DNA from: an uncultured bacterium
Lineage (GTDB): Bacteria; Krumholzibacteriota; Krumholzibacteriia; JACNKJ01
Direction of reading: 5' to 3'
NCBI GenBank assembly: GCA_964627205.1
Contig: CAZVHI010000007.1
Coordinates: forward strand, 7,412-71,411
Length of the DNA: 64,000 nt
The stretch's first letter is position 1. Each line of letters starts with the position of its first letter. The translations under genes were made by a program, and so were the position numbers. The notes under the pieces are model-generated. The model saw only the letters and a list, made by a program, of their open reading frames with translations. It was not told the origin of the DNA and ran no database searches. Shown here piece by piece: positions 27,491 through 40,068 of the stretch.

Positions 27491-29568
27491 CGCACGCTCC
27501 CGAGCTCTCGCCGGAAGTAGTTCCAGTTCCCGAACTCGTCTGCGGCCCGGATCTCGAGCACCGGCTCTTCCCCCTCGCGGGGCGGGTCGAGGACGAGGTC
27601 CAGCTCGAGCAGGCTGCGATCCATGATGCCGTCCGCCGCCGCGAGAGGCAGCCAGCGGCCGTCCCAGTCGCGACGCTCCAGCGTCTGCACGATGCCCCCG
27701 CCTTCGTCGCGCACGTGACCCTGGAGCCGGAGACGACGATCCTTCTCGCGGCGCAGCTCGAGCTCGAAGCGCGGCGGGCGGCCGTCCAGGCGGACGGGCT
27801 CACTGAATACGGTGATGCTCCGCGCGCGCTCCCCGCTGTTGTCCAGCCCGTCGTCAGCCGTGATGCGCAGGCGGTAGAGGCCATCGGGCAGGCCGCGCCC
27901 GTCCCAGGTGTAGACGCTCTGCGGCCAGGCATCCGCGAGGAGCTGCCAGGCCTCCTCGCCCTCGCGGCGCGCCTCGATGCGCGCCTGCAGGCGGTCGCCG
28001 TCCGGGTCCAGCCAGTCCCAGTGGATCTGCCGCAGTCCCCGCCACAGCGCAGTGGCCGACTCGTCCGCCGGGGGCGAGCCATTCTTCTGCTGGTACTGCA
28101 CGCGGACCCCGCGCTCCAGGATCTGTGTGAAGGGCCGGCCGCTCAGGTCCATCCCGTCCTCGTATGGCCCGTCGGTCGGCCGCAGCACGAGGAGGTTGCC
28201 GACCAGCGGACTGCGGTTCAGGGGTAGAAAGCTCACCGTGATGCGGTCCACGCGCGGGCTCGCGCTCCTCTTGCCCTTCAGCGTCACGCGCCACTGGAAG
28301 TAGCGCGCCGGCGGCAGGTCCATGCGAAAGAGGCCGTCCTCGTCGGCACAGGGACGCCAGTCGGTCCAGCCCTCCCCGGGCCGCGCGCCCTGTCCGGCCC
28401 GCGCCTCCGCCGTGAACGAGCAGCCACTGGGCAGCTCGCCCTCGATGCGCAGGGCTCCGGCCACGCTGCGGCTCGTCAGGTCCAGGATCTCCGAGTGCAG
28501 CGTGCCCTCGCGGTTGCCCGTCTCGATCCGGATAAGGCGCGAGGGCTTGGACTGGAGCAGCCAGAGCGCCTCGCCGTCGTGGTGGAGATCGTTGAAGAAC
28601 ACACCGTCCTCAGCGGCCAGCACCTCGCCCTGGTAGAGGCCGGTGAGCAGGTCCAGCTCGGCCGGATCACCTGAGGCAACCCAGATGCCGCCGCCCGGGG
28701 CGGCGAGCAGGTCACCGACGAAGGCCGAGTCGAGGGTGAGGGTCTTCTCGAGCAGGCCGCTGGGTGTGAGCATATAGACGGCGCCGCAGTTGTCCTCGCA
28801 ATCCGTGTCGCTGCGGGCCACGGCCACGTACAGGGCCTCGCCGAGTGGGAGGATCTTCTGCACCTCCTCGGCCTCGAAGTCCGCCAGTAGTTCCCGCCGG
28901 CCCTCGTGGTCGAAGCGGTGCAGCGTGCCCTCGCCGCTGCTGCCGGCCAGCAGGCGTCCTTTCCCATCCATGGCGAGGCAGAAGACGTTCTCGTCCGGCA
29001 GGGTGGCGAAGACCTCGGTCTCGCCCGAGCCGAGATCGTGGCGGTAGATCTTCCCCGCGGCGCCCGTGGCGATGTAGAGGCGGTCGCCGGCGCACAGGAG
29101 GTCCCAGACGAAATCCTCCTCCGTGTCCACCAGCTCGCTCAGCTCGCCTTCCCCATTCACCGCGAAGACCTTGCCGCCCGGCCCCGCGCCGACCGCCCAG
29201 TGGCCCTCGCCCAGGACCTCCACGCAGCTGAACAGCAGCTCGTCGTCGCTGTGGATGCTCCGGTGGCGGCGCTTCCCCTTGTCGAAGAGGATCAGCTTGC
29301 CGGGACCGCCCCCGCCGGCGAGGAGCAGCCGCTTGCCGTCGCCCGCCATCTCGGTGAAGAAGGGCAGCTCGTCCGCGAGCATCTCCTCCCAGCGGTCGCC
29401 GAGGCGCCAGCTGCCGTCGTCGGATAGGCGCAGGCCGCGGAAGCTCGCATCGCGATAGTCCTCCATCCGCGCGTAGCGGTAGAACTCCGTACTCACTGCG
29501 GAGACCCCGCCCGCGAGGGCAGCGAGCATGACGAGGGCCAGGAGGGTGGCGCAGAGGCGTGAGTTCAT
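27487..29568 (-). CDS. Secreted beta-propeller protein with C-terminal Ig-like domains
   Basis: Signal peptide; repeated WD/YVTN-like blades ([23 protein letters not shown]); WTDW...YFQWRV; [21 protein letters not shown]. Confidence 0.75.
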   Translation of the reverse strand: MNSRLCATLLALVMLAALAGGVSAVSTEFYRYARMEDYRDASFRGLRLSDDGSWRLGDRWEEMLADELPFFTEMAGDGKRLLLAGGGGPGKLILFDKGKRRHRSIHSDDELLFSCVEVLGEGHWAVGAGPGGKVFAVNGEGELSELVDTEEDFVWDLLCAGDRLYIATGAAGKIYRHDLGSGETEVFATLPDENVFCLAMDGKGRLLAGSSGEGTLHRFDHEGRRELLADFEAEEVQKILPLGEALYVAVARSDTDCEDNCGAVYMLTPSGLLEKTLTLDSAFVGDLLAAPGGGIWVASGDPAELDLLTGLYQGEVLAAEDGVFFNDLHHDGEALWLLQSKPSRLIRIETGNREGTLHSEILDLTSRSVAGALRIEGELPSGCSFTAEARAGQGARPGEGWTDWRPCADEDGLFRMDLPPARYFQWRVTLKGKRSASPRVDRITVSFLPLNRSPLVGNLLVLRPTDGPYEDGMDLSGRPFTQILERGVRVQYQQKNGSPPADESATALWRGLRQIHWDWLDPDGDRLQARIEARREGEEAWQLLADAWPQSVYTWDGRGLPDGLYRLRITADDGLDNSGERARSITVFSEPVRLDGRPPRFELELRREKDRRLRLQGHVRDEGGGIVQTLERRDWDGRWLPLAAADGIMDRSLLELDLVLDPPREGEEPVLEIRAADEFGNWNYFRRELGSVR

Positions 29569-31373
29569 CGGACGCTCCTTGCGGGCTGGGGCAGGATGGT
29601 GACGGGGATGGACTGGTGCCCGCGGGCCTCGATCGTGCCGGGCAGCCGCACGCGCTGCACTGACAGCAGCCGGCGCGGCTTCTCCTTCTGCCCCCGGGCC
29701 GGCGCGGGCAGGAGCTCGCGGTACCAGGTGGGCAGGGCGAGCTCCCGGCCGCCGAGAATCGGGTCGGCGCCCGGGCCCTCGAGCCAGAGCAGCCAGTCAC
29801 TGCGCAGTTCGAGGCGCGCGAGGAGCTCGAGGAGGGAGGCGTGGTCCCGGAAGCGGTAGAGCTCGGGCTGGCGCTGGGCGTCCCAGCTGTGAAAGCTGCG
29901 GCCGTCGGCCACGTGCAGGCGGTAGTCGCCGGGTGGCAGGGCCCTGCCCGAGGCAAGCTTGCCGGACTCGCCGGCGAAGGGCCAGCTCAGGAGGAAGGGC
30001 TTCCGGTCCCCCTCGCGGAGACGTACGCGCAGCGCCCAGCTCTCCCCCGCGCGGATCGCGGGCCGGTCCACCGCCAGGTCGAGCAGTTCGAGCGGATCGG
30101 CGTCCTCCCGCCAGGCGAGGCTCAGCGCGAGGGAGTCGACGGGCAGCGTTCCCCCGGGATTCTGGAAGAGCACCTCGAGGACGGACTGGAACCAGGCGCC
30201 CGCGGCGGCCAGGCTGCCCTCGCCCGCGAAGCCCTCGCTCAGTTCCAGCAGCGAGCCCGCCGCGACGGCCGGCTCGCCAAGCCGCAGCGTCAGGCCCAGG
30301 TGGAGGCCGCCCTCGTCGCGGGAAGACAGGATGCCCTGCGCCCAGCCCTGGAGCGCGATGCGGCCCAAGAGCGGCGCGAGGCGAGGATGGCGCGCGAGCT
30401 CGAACTCCGCGCTGCGGGACGGACGGCCCTCCGCGTCCAGCTCGAGGCGTAGGGGAAGCATCGCCGGCGCCGGTCCGAGGCGACCGTAAACGCCGGCGCG
30501 CCCGTCTTGCAGGAGGGTGCCGACCGGCTGTCCCACCGACGCGATCTTGAAGGAGGTGTTCAGGCTGGGCATGACCGCGTGCACCCGGACGGAGGCCAGG
30601 GGCAGCGCGAGCGGTCCCTCCTCGAGGAAGGGATGGCCGAAGGCCCAGACGCGGTCGCCGTCGACGTGGCTGACGGTGCCGATGCTGGCCACCGAGACCG
30701 GCCCGCTGAGCAGCTGCGCGGCGATCGCCGCGCCGGGCTCCAGCTTGGAGGCCACGCCGGCTGCGGTCCCCGCATTGCCCGTACTGATGCCCAGGGGAAG
30801 CAGCGCGAGCCCCTGTCCGGAAAGCCCGCGCTCCAGTCGTGCCAGGGCGGAAGGATCCAGCCCGCCGACCGAGAGCCTTAGCGCCTCGCCCTCAGGCCCC
30901 GGCGGGAGACGGGTCGGCTGGGCATCGTCGCCGCCGAGGAAGGGCAGCTCGCGCAGGCTGCCGTGCAGTGCGTCGGGCCCTGTCCAGGGACGGTCCGCCA
31001 GCGACAGCATCGCCGCCGCCGGCGTGACGAGGGCCAGCGGCTCGCGGGAGAAGGCATAGGTGAAGGCGATGGCCCCCAGCCAGCGTCCGTCGACATAGAC
31101 TGGACTGCCGCTCATCCCCTGGCTGACGCCACCGCGCGCCTGCAGCGCTTCGTCCCCGCGGACCAGGACGAGGTCGTAGGCGCCGCGTCCGCTGATCCGG
31201 TCCACGATCTCCACGGGAAAGCTGCTGATGCTGTCGCCCTCGAAGACCGTGAGCGCCGTGCCCTTCAGGCCGGGCCGGATCTCGCCGAGGGGAAAGACCT
31301 CCACGGCGCCCGCGCCGGTGAACGCGAGGGTCGAGAGGACGAGGGCGAGACGCAGGGAGTGCACGGGACGCAT
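29565..31373 (-). CDS. SpoIVB peptidase S55 domain-containing secreted protein
   Basis: Signal peptide; GLKGTALTVFEG, GGVSQGMSGSPVYVDG (Ser motif) and GTVSHVDGDRVWAFGHP (His motif). Confidence 0.88.
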   Translation of the reverse strand: MRPVHSLRLALVLSTLAFTGAGAVEVFPLGEIRPGLKGTALTVFEGDSISSFPVEIVDRISGRGAYDLVLVRGDEALQARGGVSQGMSGSPVYVDGRWLGAIAFTYAFSREPLALVTPAAAMLSLADRPWTGPDALHGSLRELPFLGGDDAQPTRLPPGPEGEALRLSVGGLDPSALARLERGLSGQGLALLPLGISTGNAGTAAGVASKLEPGAAIAAQLLSGPVSVASIGTVSHVDGDRVWAFGHPFLEEGPLALPLASVRVHAVMPSLNTSFKIASVGQPVGTLLQDGRAGVYGRLGPAPAMLPLRLELDAEGRPSRSAEFELARHPRLAPLLGRIALQGWAQGILSSRDEGGLHLGLTLRLGEPAVAAGSLLELSEGFAGEGSLAAAGAWFQSVLEVLFQNPGGTLPVDSLALSLAWREDADPLELLDLAVDRPAIRAGESWALRVRLREGDRKPFLLSWPFAGESGKLASGRALPPGDYRLHVADGRSFHSWDAQRQPELYRFRDHASLLELLARLELRSDWLLWLEGPGADPILGGRELALPTWYRELLPAPARGQKEKPRRLLSVQRVRLPGTIEARGHQSIPVTILPQPARSVR

Positions 31374-31420
31374 GCCGGATCCTTCCGCGGCGAGAGGCGT
31401 GAGAACGGGAGCGGCTACGA

Positions 31421-31449
31421 AGTCTACGGGGGGTGCCTTGGGCGGTCAA
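31421..31449 (-). promoter_or_regulatory. sigma70 promoter of the S55-to-DUF212 operon
   Basis: Minus strand TTGACC (31449-44), N17, TAGACT (31426-21). Confidence 0.7.
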
Positions 31450-31464
31450 GCGGGGACTAGCCTG

Positions 31465-32915
31465 CTAGAACACGCGCGCGGAGAACTCCGCTGCGGTCAG
31501 CAGGCCGCCGGGAAAGACGCCGAACCAGAGCACGAGCAGGAAGCAGAACGCGAGCAGCAGGGCCGCGGGACCCGGCACGCCGAAGGCAGGAGTCTCCTCG
31601 AACTCCTCCTTCATGTACATGAGGTAGATGACGCGCAGGTAGTAGTAGACGGAGACGAGGCTGTTGAGCACCGCGATGACCGTGAGCCCCACGAAACCTT
31701 GTCGGATGGCCTCGCTGAAGATGAAGAGCTTGCCCACGAAGCCGGCTGTCGGCGGGATCCCCGCCAACGAGAAGAGGAAGACCGCCATGAGAGCGGCCAG
31801 CCAGGGCTGGCGGCGGGCCAGGCCCGAGTACTCGAAGATCGACTGGTACTCCTCCCCCTTCCGTCCGACGAGCGTGACGACCGCGAAGGCGCCGAGGTTC
31901 ATCAGCGTGTAGGCGCAGAGGTAGAAGAGTAGGCCGCGGGTGGCGTCGCGGCTCGCGGCGACCGCGGCCACGAGCAAGTAGCCCGCGTGCGCCACGCTGC
32001 TGAACGCGAGCATGCGCTTGATGTTGGTCTGCACGATGGCCATCAGGTTGCCGACGGACATTGTGAGCACGGCCAGCCACCAGAGTACGGGCGTCCAGGA
32101 CGCGGGATCCGGCGAGAAGCCGGCGACCAGGAGCCTGAGCAGAGCGGCCATCGCGGCGGCCTTCGTCCCCGTGGCCATGAAGGCGGCGACGGGCGCCGGG
32201 CTGCCCTCGTAGACGTCCGCGGTCCAGAAGTGGAAGGGGACGGCGCTGATCTTGAAGCCGATCCCGATCACGACCAGCCAGAAGCCCGCCTGGGCCAGGA
32301 CCGGACTGAGGAGCGGACCGCCCCCCTCACCGAGCGCGCGGGCGCTCAGGTGGAGACTGCCCGTGCTGCCCCAGTGCAGCGCCATGCCCATGAGCAGGAT
32401 CGCGCTCGCGAAGGCGCCGAGCAGGAAGTACTTGAGCGCGCCCTCCACGGACCTCTCCTGCCGGCGGTGATAACCGGCAAGGATGTAGAGGCTCATGGAG
32501 AGCAGCTCCAGGGCCAAAAAGAGCGTTATCATCTCCGCGGCCGCGGCCATGAGCATCATCCCCGTCACCGCGAAGAGAAGCAGGGCGAGGAACTCGATCC
32601 GTGGCAGGCCCTCCTGGCGCAGGTAGGGCATAGCCATGAGCAGGGTGCCCAGGCCGATGAGGACGAAGAGGAAGTGGAGGAAGCGCGCCAGGGAGTCGAC
32701 GATCAGCCGGCCGCCGAAGGCCGTCTGCGCACCGTCCCCCCACTGCATCGCGATCAGCGCCAGGGCCGCGAGCAGGCCGAGAACAGTGAGGAGTTCGGAG
32801 AGGACGCCCCCGCCGTTCCCGCGGCGTCTGGGCAGCTCCAACAGGAGGAGCAGCACGGCGGTGACGACCAGGGCCAGCTCGGGGGCGATCAGCGAGAGCG
32901 TCCAGTCCACCGTGC

Positions 32916-32919
<4 letters not shown>
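31465..32919 (-). CDS. nuoN: NADH-quinone oxidoreductase subunit N
   Basis: GTG start at 32919 overlapping the nuoM stop. FLALELLS, EGALKYFLLG, GFKISAVPFHFW, KRMLAFSS. Confidence 0.95.
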
Positions 32920-34451
<1,532 letters not shown>

Positions 34452-34467
34452 CGTCCCCTCGACATAG

Positions 34468-36405
34468 CTAAACCAGCAGACGGAGAAGGATCAGGACCAC
34501 GCCCACGATCATGAAGAACGCGTAGGTCTGGACATAGCCGGACTGCAAGAGCCGTAGCACCTCGCCGCTCACGCGGACGAAGAGCCCCGAGAAGTTCACG
34601 AGCAGGTCGATCACGAGTTCGTCGATGCCCCGCCAGAGGAAGCGCGCCGATTTTCCGATGGGGCGCACGAACGCAGCGTCGTAGGCCTCGTCGACGCGGT
34701 ACTTGTCCTCGAGCAGACGATAGACGCCGCCGCGCGCTTTCTCGAAGGTCGCGCGCGGGTCTGTCGGCCGCAGGTATCCGCGCCACGCGGCGGTAAAGCC
34801 CAGCAACGCGACCAGGGTGGAGACGCCCATGAGGGTCCACTCTGTCGCCGCTGTGGGATGCGCGTGCTGGCCGAAGCCCTCGATGTGGTGCAGCCCCGCG
34901 AACACGGGCGCGAGGAAACCGCCCTCGCCGGCCAGCAGGTGCGGACCGAGCACGGGCGGCAGGCCCACCCACCCGCCGGCAATGCTGAGCAAGGCCAGGA
35001 TCGCGAGCGGCAGCGTCATCACGGCCGGCGACTCGTGGATCTTCCTCTCCTTCTCCGGCTCTACCCGGCTCGCGCCGAAGAAGGTGAGAAATAGCAGGCG
35101 GAACATGTAGAAGCTCGTCAGCCCCGCCGTGATCACGCCGAGGACCCATAGGATCTTGTGCTGCTGGAAAGCCGCTGCCAGGATCTCGTCCTTGCTGAAG
35201 AAACCCGACAGACCGGGCAGGCCCGTGATCGCCAGCGTCGCCACCAGGAAGGTCGCGAAGGTCAGCGGCAGCCTCCTGCGCAGCCCGCCCATTCGGCGGA
35301 TGTCCTGCTCCTCGTGCAGGGCATGGATCACGCTGCCCGCGCCGAGGAATAGCAGGGCCTTGAAGAAGGCGTGGGTCATCAGGTGGAAGATGCCCGCGCC
35401 GAAGGCGGCGCTGCCTAGCCCTAAGAACATGTAGCCCAGCTGGCTGACCGTCGAGTAGGCGAGCACCTTCTTGATGTCGTTTTGCGTGACCGCGATCGTG
35501 GCCGCCACGAGGGCGGTGACGGCGCCGATCCAGGCGACGGTCGTCAGGGCCACGGGAGCGAGCGCGTAGAGGACGTGGCTCCGCGCTACCATGTAGACGC
35601 CGGCCGTGACCATGGTAGCCGCGTGGATCAGCGCGCTGACCGGCGTCGGGCCCGCCATGGCGTCGGGCAGCCAGACGAAGAGCGGGATCTGCGCGCTCTT
35701 GCCCGTGGCGCCGAGCAACAGCAGCAGGCCGATGGCCGTCATCACGCCCGCCGACGCGGGATGGTGAAGGGCGGCGGCGAAGACCGTCTCGAAACGCAGG
35801 CTCCCGAAGTGCGTGAAGATCAGGAAGAGGGCAAGAAGGAAGCCGAAGTCGCCGATGCGGTTCACGATGAACGCCTTCTTGCCCGCCGAGGCGTTGGACA
35901 TCGTCGCCGTGAACATCTTGTCGTACCAGAAGCCGATGAGCAGATAGGAGCAGAGGCCCACGCCCTCCCAGCCAACGAAGAGCACGAGGAAGTTGTCCCC
36001 CAGCACGAGCAGAAGCATCGACAGGGTGAAGAGGTTCAGGTAGGCGAAGAAGCGCGGATAGTCCCGGTCGTGCGCCATGTAGCCGATCGAGTAGACGTGG
36101 ATGAGGAAGCCGACGCCGGTGACCACGAGGATCATGACGGTGCTGAGCGGGTCGACGAGCAGGGAGAAGTCGACCGCGATGTCCCCCACGGTGATCCACT
36201 CCCAGAGCTTGTAGACGACCCTTGACTGTTCCCCCGGTGGCATTTTGTGCAAGACGAAAAAGGCCCTGAGCGACCACAGGAAGGACAGGAAAACCGCCGC
36301 CGAGGCGATCCAGCCGCTGGCCTTCAGGGGCAGCCTCTTGCCGGCCAGGGCGTTGATCAGGAGCCCGACCAGGGGGAAGGCCAGTATCGCGGGAAACAGA
36401 TCCAT
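34468..36405 (-). CDS. nuoL: NADH-quinone oxidoreductase subunit L
   Basis: GWEGVGLCSY, NRIGDFG, GKSAQIPLFVWLPDAMAGPTPVSALIHAATMV; long C-terminal extension. Confidence 0.96.
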   Translation of the reverse strand: MDLFPAILAFPLVGLLINALAGKRLPLKASGWIASAAVFLSFLWSLRAFFVLHKMPPGEQSRVVYKLWEWITVGDIAVDFSLLVDPLSTVMILVVTGVGFLIHVYSIGYMAHDRDYPRFFAYLNLFTLSMLLLVLGDNFLVLFVGWEGVGLCSYLLIGFWYDKMFTATMSNASAGKKAFIVNRIGDFGFLLALFLIFTHFGSLRFETVFAAALHHPASAGVMTAIGLLLLLGATGKSAQIPLFVWLPDAMAGPTPVSALIHAATMVTAGVYMVARSHVLYALAPVALTTVAWIGAVTALVAATIAVTQNDIKKVLAYSTVSQLGYMFLGLGSAAFGAGIFHLMTHAFFKALLFLGAGSVIHALHEEQDIRRMGGLRRRLPLTFATFLVATLAITGLPGLSGFFSKDEILAAAFQQHKILWVLGVITAGLTSFYMFRLLFLTFFGASRVEPEKERKIHESPAVMTLPLAILALLSIAGGWVGLPPVLGPHLLAGEGGFLAPVFAGLHHIEGFGQHAHPTAATEWTLMGVSTLVALLGFTAAWRGYLRPTDPRATFEKARGGVYRLLEDKYRVDEAYDAAFVRPIGKSARFLWRGIDELVIDLLVNFSGLFVRVSGEVLRLLQSGYVQTYAFFMIVGVVLILLRLLV

Positions 36406-36415
36406 TTTCCTCCGC

Positions 36416-36718
36416 TCAGCTCCGGAGCAGCGAGGCGCGATCCAGGTCGACGCTCTCGCTGCGACGGAACAGCGCGATGATGATGCCCAGCCCGATGGCG
36501 GCCTCGGCGGCCGCGACTGCCATGATGAAGAAGCAGAGGACCTGGCCGTCCAGGTCGCCGCGCAAGCGCGAGAAGGTTACGAGTACCAGGTTGACTGCGT
36601 TGAGCATCAGCTCGATCGACATGAACACTACGATGGCATTGCGGCGCAGCAACACGCCAGCGACGCCGAGGGTGAAGAGCAGGAAGCCGACGATCAGGGC
36701 GTGGTTGTAGTCGAACAC
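36416..36718 (-). CDS. nuoK: NADH-quinone oxidoreductase subunit K
   Basis: [28 protein letters not shown]. Confidence 0.96.
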   Translation of the reverse strand: MFDYNHALIVGFLLFTLGVAGVLLRRNAIVVFMSIELMLNAVNLVLVTFSRLRGDLDGQVLCFFIMAVAAAEAAIGLGIIIALFRRSESVDLDRASLLRS

Positions 36719-36728
36719 GTCCCCCTCC

Positions 36729-37223
36729 TCACTGTTTCTCGCGCCGGGCGAGGATGACGGCGCCGACGATGGCCACCAAGAGCAGCACGGCCGTGATCTC
36801 GAAGGGCAGTAGGAACTCGCCGAAGAGCTTGGCCGCGATGTTTTCCACTTCCCCCCGCGCCGGCGCGCCCCCGGCGGCCGGGAGCTTGCGGCTCAGGTCC
36901 AGGGCGAGGAGCAGGATGCCGAGGGCCACGGTCGCCGCCGCGTAGACCCACTTGATCTTCCGCGTCATGAAGGGCGGCAGCTCGTCGGGTTGCAGGTTGA
37001 GCAGCATGATCACGAAGAGAAAGAGCACCATGATGGCGCCAGCGTAGACCGCCACCTGCACCGCGGCCAGGAAGAAGGCGTCCATGAGCACGTAGATCCC
37101 CGCCAGGCAGAAGAAGGCGAGCACGAGATACAGCGCCGCCGACACGGGATTGCGCCGCGTGATCACCATGAGTGCCGACGCGAGGGCCAGTGCGGAGAAG
37201 ATGTAGAAGAGCGCCGTTTCCAC
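36729..37223 (-). CDS. nuoJ: NADH-quinone oxidoreductase subunit J
   Basis: [39 protein letters not shown]. Confidence 0.95.
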   Translation of the reverse strand: METALFYIFSALALASALMVITRRNPVSAALYLVLAFFCLAGIYVLMDAFFLAAVQVAVYAGAIMVLFLFVIMLLNLQPDELPPFMTRKIKWVYAAATVALGILLLALDLSRKLPAAGGAPARGEVENIAAKLFGEFLLPFEITAVLLLVAIVGAVILARREKQ

Positions 37224-37233
37224 GCGTCCCTTC

Positions 37234-38274
37234 CTAGCCGAGGTCCTTCAAGGACCAGAGTCCGTAGATGAACAGGTTCGCCAGGGCCAGCGGCAGCATC
37301 ACCTTCCAGCCGAGACCCATCAGCTGATCGTAGCGGAAGCGCGGAAGAGTCCAGCGCACCCAGAGAAAGATGAAGAGCCAGATCGCGACCTTCGCGAGGA
37401 AGGTCAGCACGTGCAGCATGCCGAGCAGGAAGCCGTGAGCCTGGAAGAAGGCCAGGTTCTCGATCAAGGGCAGGTGGTAGCCGCCGAAGAAGAGTGTCAC
37501 GATCAGCGCGCTGGCCGTGATCAGGTTCGCGTACTCCGCCAGGAAGAACATGGCGAACTTCATGCTGCTGTACTCTGTGTGGTAGCCGGCGACGAGCTCT
37601 GGCTCCGCCTCGGGCAGATCGAAGGGCAGGCGGTTGGTCTCGGCGAAGGCGGCGACCGCGAAGAGCAGGAAGCTCAGCGGCTGGCTGATGACGAACCAGG
37701 GATTACCGCCCTGGTGGGCGACGACGTCGGTGAGCCGCAGCGAGCCGGTGAACATGATCACGGGGATCACGGCGAGGCCCAGGGCGATCTCGTAGGAGAT
37801 CATCTGCGCGCTGGAGCGCAGCCCGCCGAGCAGGGAGTACTTGTTGTTGCTCGACCAGCCGCCGATGGCGATGCCGTAGACGCCCAGGCTGGCGATCGCG
37901 AACACGAAGAGGATGCCGATGGACAGGTCGGCGACGACCATGCGGATCTCCTGCCCGCCGCCGGGCAAGGGCAATGTGCTGCCGAAGGGGACCACGGCGA
38001 AGGTCATCAGGGCCGGCATCATCACGAGCATGGGCGCCAGAGCGTGCAGGGCGCGGTTGGCGCCCGCGGGGACGAAGTCTTCCTTGAGGACGAACTTCAG
38101 TCCGTCGGCGATGGGCTGGAGCAGGCCCCAGGGCCCAACGCGGTTCGGCCCCTTGCGCCACTGGATGAAGGCGGAGATCTTGCGCTCGGCGAGCGTGAGA
38201 TAGGCCACGGTGAGAAGGGTCACGACGAAGACGACGAGGATCTTGGCCAGGGTGACCAGCAGCGCCGCCATCAC
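37234..38274 (-). CDS. nuoH: NADH-quinone oxidoreductase subunit H
   Basis: ERKISAFIQWRKGPNRVG, LQPIADGLK, ETNRLPFDLPEAEPELVAGYHTEY, PRFRYDQLM. Confidence 0.97.
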   Translation of the reverse strand: MMAALLVTLAKILVVFVVTLLTVAYLTLAERKISAFIQWRKGPNRVGPWGLLQPIADGLKFVLKEDFVPAGANRALHALAPMLVMMPALMTFAVVPFGSTLPLPGGGQEIRMVVADLSIGILFVFAIASLGVYGIAIGGWSSNNKYSLLGGLRSSAQMISYEIALGLAVIPVIMFTGSLRLTDVVAHQGGNPWFVISQPLSFLLFAVAAFAETNRLPFDLPEAEPELVAGYHTEYSSMKFAMFFLAEYANLITASALIVTLFFGGYHLPLIENLAFFQAHGFLLGMLHVLTFLAKVAIWLFIFLWVRWTLPRFRYDQLMGLGWKVMLPLALANLFIYGLWSLKDLG

Positions 38275-39554
38275 TCACCCCCCGCGAGCAGCGCGCCGCC
38301 GGGGACGCGGGCCAGGAACTCGTCCCGGTACTTGCGCACGTAGGATTCCGTCGGCATGCGCGCGGCGTCCCCGAGCGGACAGACGGTCTTGAAGGCGATG
38401 TTGTCGCAGATGTCCAGGATCGTGTCCAGGTCCTCCGCGCGGCCGCGGCCCTCGTAGAAACGCGCCAGGATCTTCTCGAGCCAGCCGCAGCCCTCGCGGC
38501 AGGGCGTGCATTGGCCGCAGGATTCGTGGTGGTAGAAGCGCATCAGGTTGAGGGCCACCTTCACCATGTCGGTAGTCTCGTCCATGACGATCACCGCCGC
38601 ACTCCCGAACATGGACCCCGCGGCGGCCAGGGAGTCGAAGTCCATGTTCACCGCCATGGCCTCCTCGGCGGTCAGCACCGGCGTGCTGCTGCCGCCCGGC
38701 ACCATGGCCTTGAGCTGGCGCCCCCGCCACACGCCCCCGCAGTGCTCCTCTAGCAGCTCCCGGAAGCTCACGCCCATCGGCAACTCGTAGACGCCGGGGC
38801 GCTCGACGTGTCCGCTCACGGCGTAGAGCTTGGGGCCGCTATTCTTCTCCGGCCCGATCGACGAGAACCAGTCGGGCCCCCGCCCCACGATCGCGGGTAC
38901 GCAGGCGAGCGTCTCCACGTTGTTGATGACCGTCGGACGGCCGTAGAGGCCGACCACCGCCGGAAAGGGCGGCTTGATGCGGGGGTAGCCGCGCTTGCCC
39001 TCCAGGCTCTCGAGCAGGGCCGTCTCCTCGCCGCAGATGTAGGCGCCCGCGCCGCGGTGCACGATGATCTCCAGGTCGAAGCCCGTGCCCATCACGTCGC
39101 GTCCCACGTAGCCCGCCGCCTTTGCCTCGGCGATGGCCCTTTCCAAGATTCGCGCCTCTTCGGCGTACTCTCCCCGTATGTAGATGAAGCAGTGCTTCGC
39201 CTGCAGGGCGAAGCACGAGAGGATGCAACCCTCGATAAGCAGGTGCGGGTTCTGCCGGAGGATCACGCGGTCCTTGAAGGTGCCCGGCTCGCTCTCGTCC
39301 GCGTTTGCAACCAGGTAACGCGGTCCCGGGTTCTTCTCCGGGTCGGGCAAGAAACCCCACTTCATGCCGCAGGGGAAGCCCGCACCACCGCGGCCGCGCA
39401 GCCCCGAGTCCTTGACCAGCTCGATGATCTCGGCCGGAGCGATCTTCACGCCCATGGCGAGGGCCTGATAGCCACCCTCGCGCTCGTACACGGCGAGCGT
39501 GTGGGAGTCTTCCATTCCCACGATCTTGGTCAGTATGGGTTCGAAGGCCGCCAT
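38271..39554 (-). CDS. nuoF: NADH-quinone oxidoreductase subunit F
   Basis: [47 protein letters not shown]...VCPLG (N3 cluster). Confidence 0.97.
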   Translation of the reverse strand: MAAFEPILTKIVGMEDSHTLAVYEREGGYQALAMGVKIAPAEIIELVKDSGLRGRGGAGFPCGMKWGFLPDPEKNPGPRYLVANADESEPGTFKDRVILRQNPHLLIEGCILSCFALQAKHCFIYIRGEYAEEARILERAIAEAKAAGYVGRDVMGTGFDLEIIVHRGAGAYICGEETALLESLEGKRGYPRIKPPFPAVVGLYGRPTVINNVETLACVPAIVGRGPDWFSSIGPEKNSGPKLYAVSGHVERPGVYELPMGVSFRELLEEHCGGVWRGRQLKAMVPGGSSTPVLTAEEAMAVNMDFDSLAAAGSMFGSAAVIVMDETTDMVKVALNLMRFYHHESCGQCTPCREGCGWLEKILARFYEGRGRAEDLDTILDICDNIAFKTVCPLGDAARMPTESYVRKYRDEFLARVPGGALLAGGE

Positions 39555-39576
39555 GCTCCGTCTCGGATCGCTTGGT

Positions 39577-40068
39577 CTACGGGTCCAGAGAGTCGAGGAT
39601 CTCGTCGACGCGCTCGACTGTCAGGTTCTCGTGGTACTCCTCGCCGATCATCATCGTTGGCGCCGTGCCGCAGGCACCGAGACACTCGACCTCGACGAGG
39701 CTGTAGCGTTCGTCCTCGCTGGTCTCGCCCGGCTCGATCCCCAGGCGCCGGACGATGTGCGCCCGGATCTCCTCCGAGCCGCGCAGCTCGCAGCTGAGGG
39801 TGCGGCAGAGCTGGACGAGATGCCTCCCCACGGGCCGCGTGTTGAACATCGTGTAGAAACTGGTCACGCCCTGCACCATCACCGGGCTCAGCTCGAGCCG
39901 GGCGGCCGCCCACTCCTGGGCCTCGGGCGACACCCAGCCCTGTTCCCTCTGGATCAGGTGCAGCAGGGGAAGCAGTGCGGAGCGGGGATCGGGGTAACGG
40001 CCCACGATCTCGTCGATCTCGCGGAGGATCTCCCCGGAGAACATGGACTGCCCCTCAGCGATTGTCAT
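39577..40068 (-). CDS. nuoE: NADH-quinone oxidoreductase subunit E
   Basis: SALLPLLHLIQ, FYTMF, CRTLSC and ECLGAC (2Fe-2S ligands). Confidence 0.96.
   Translation of the reverse strand: MTIAEGQSMFSGEILREIDEIVGRYPDPRSALLPLLHLIQREQGWVSPEAQEWAAARLELSPVMVQGVTSFYTMFNTRPVGRHLVQLCRTLSCELRGSEEIRAHIVRRLGIEPGETSEDERYSLVEVECLGACGTAPTMMIGEEYHENLTVERVDEILDSLDP

Noticed and set aside
25398-28082. 894-aa ORF
   Set aside because: Only the last ~346 aa (from ATG 26438) are the real epimerase. The upstream part is an off-frame read-through across the DUF1611 and propeller genes, not a fusion.
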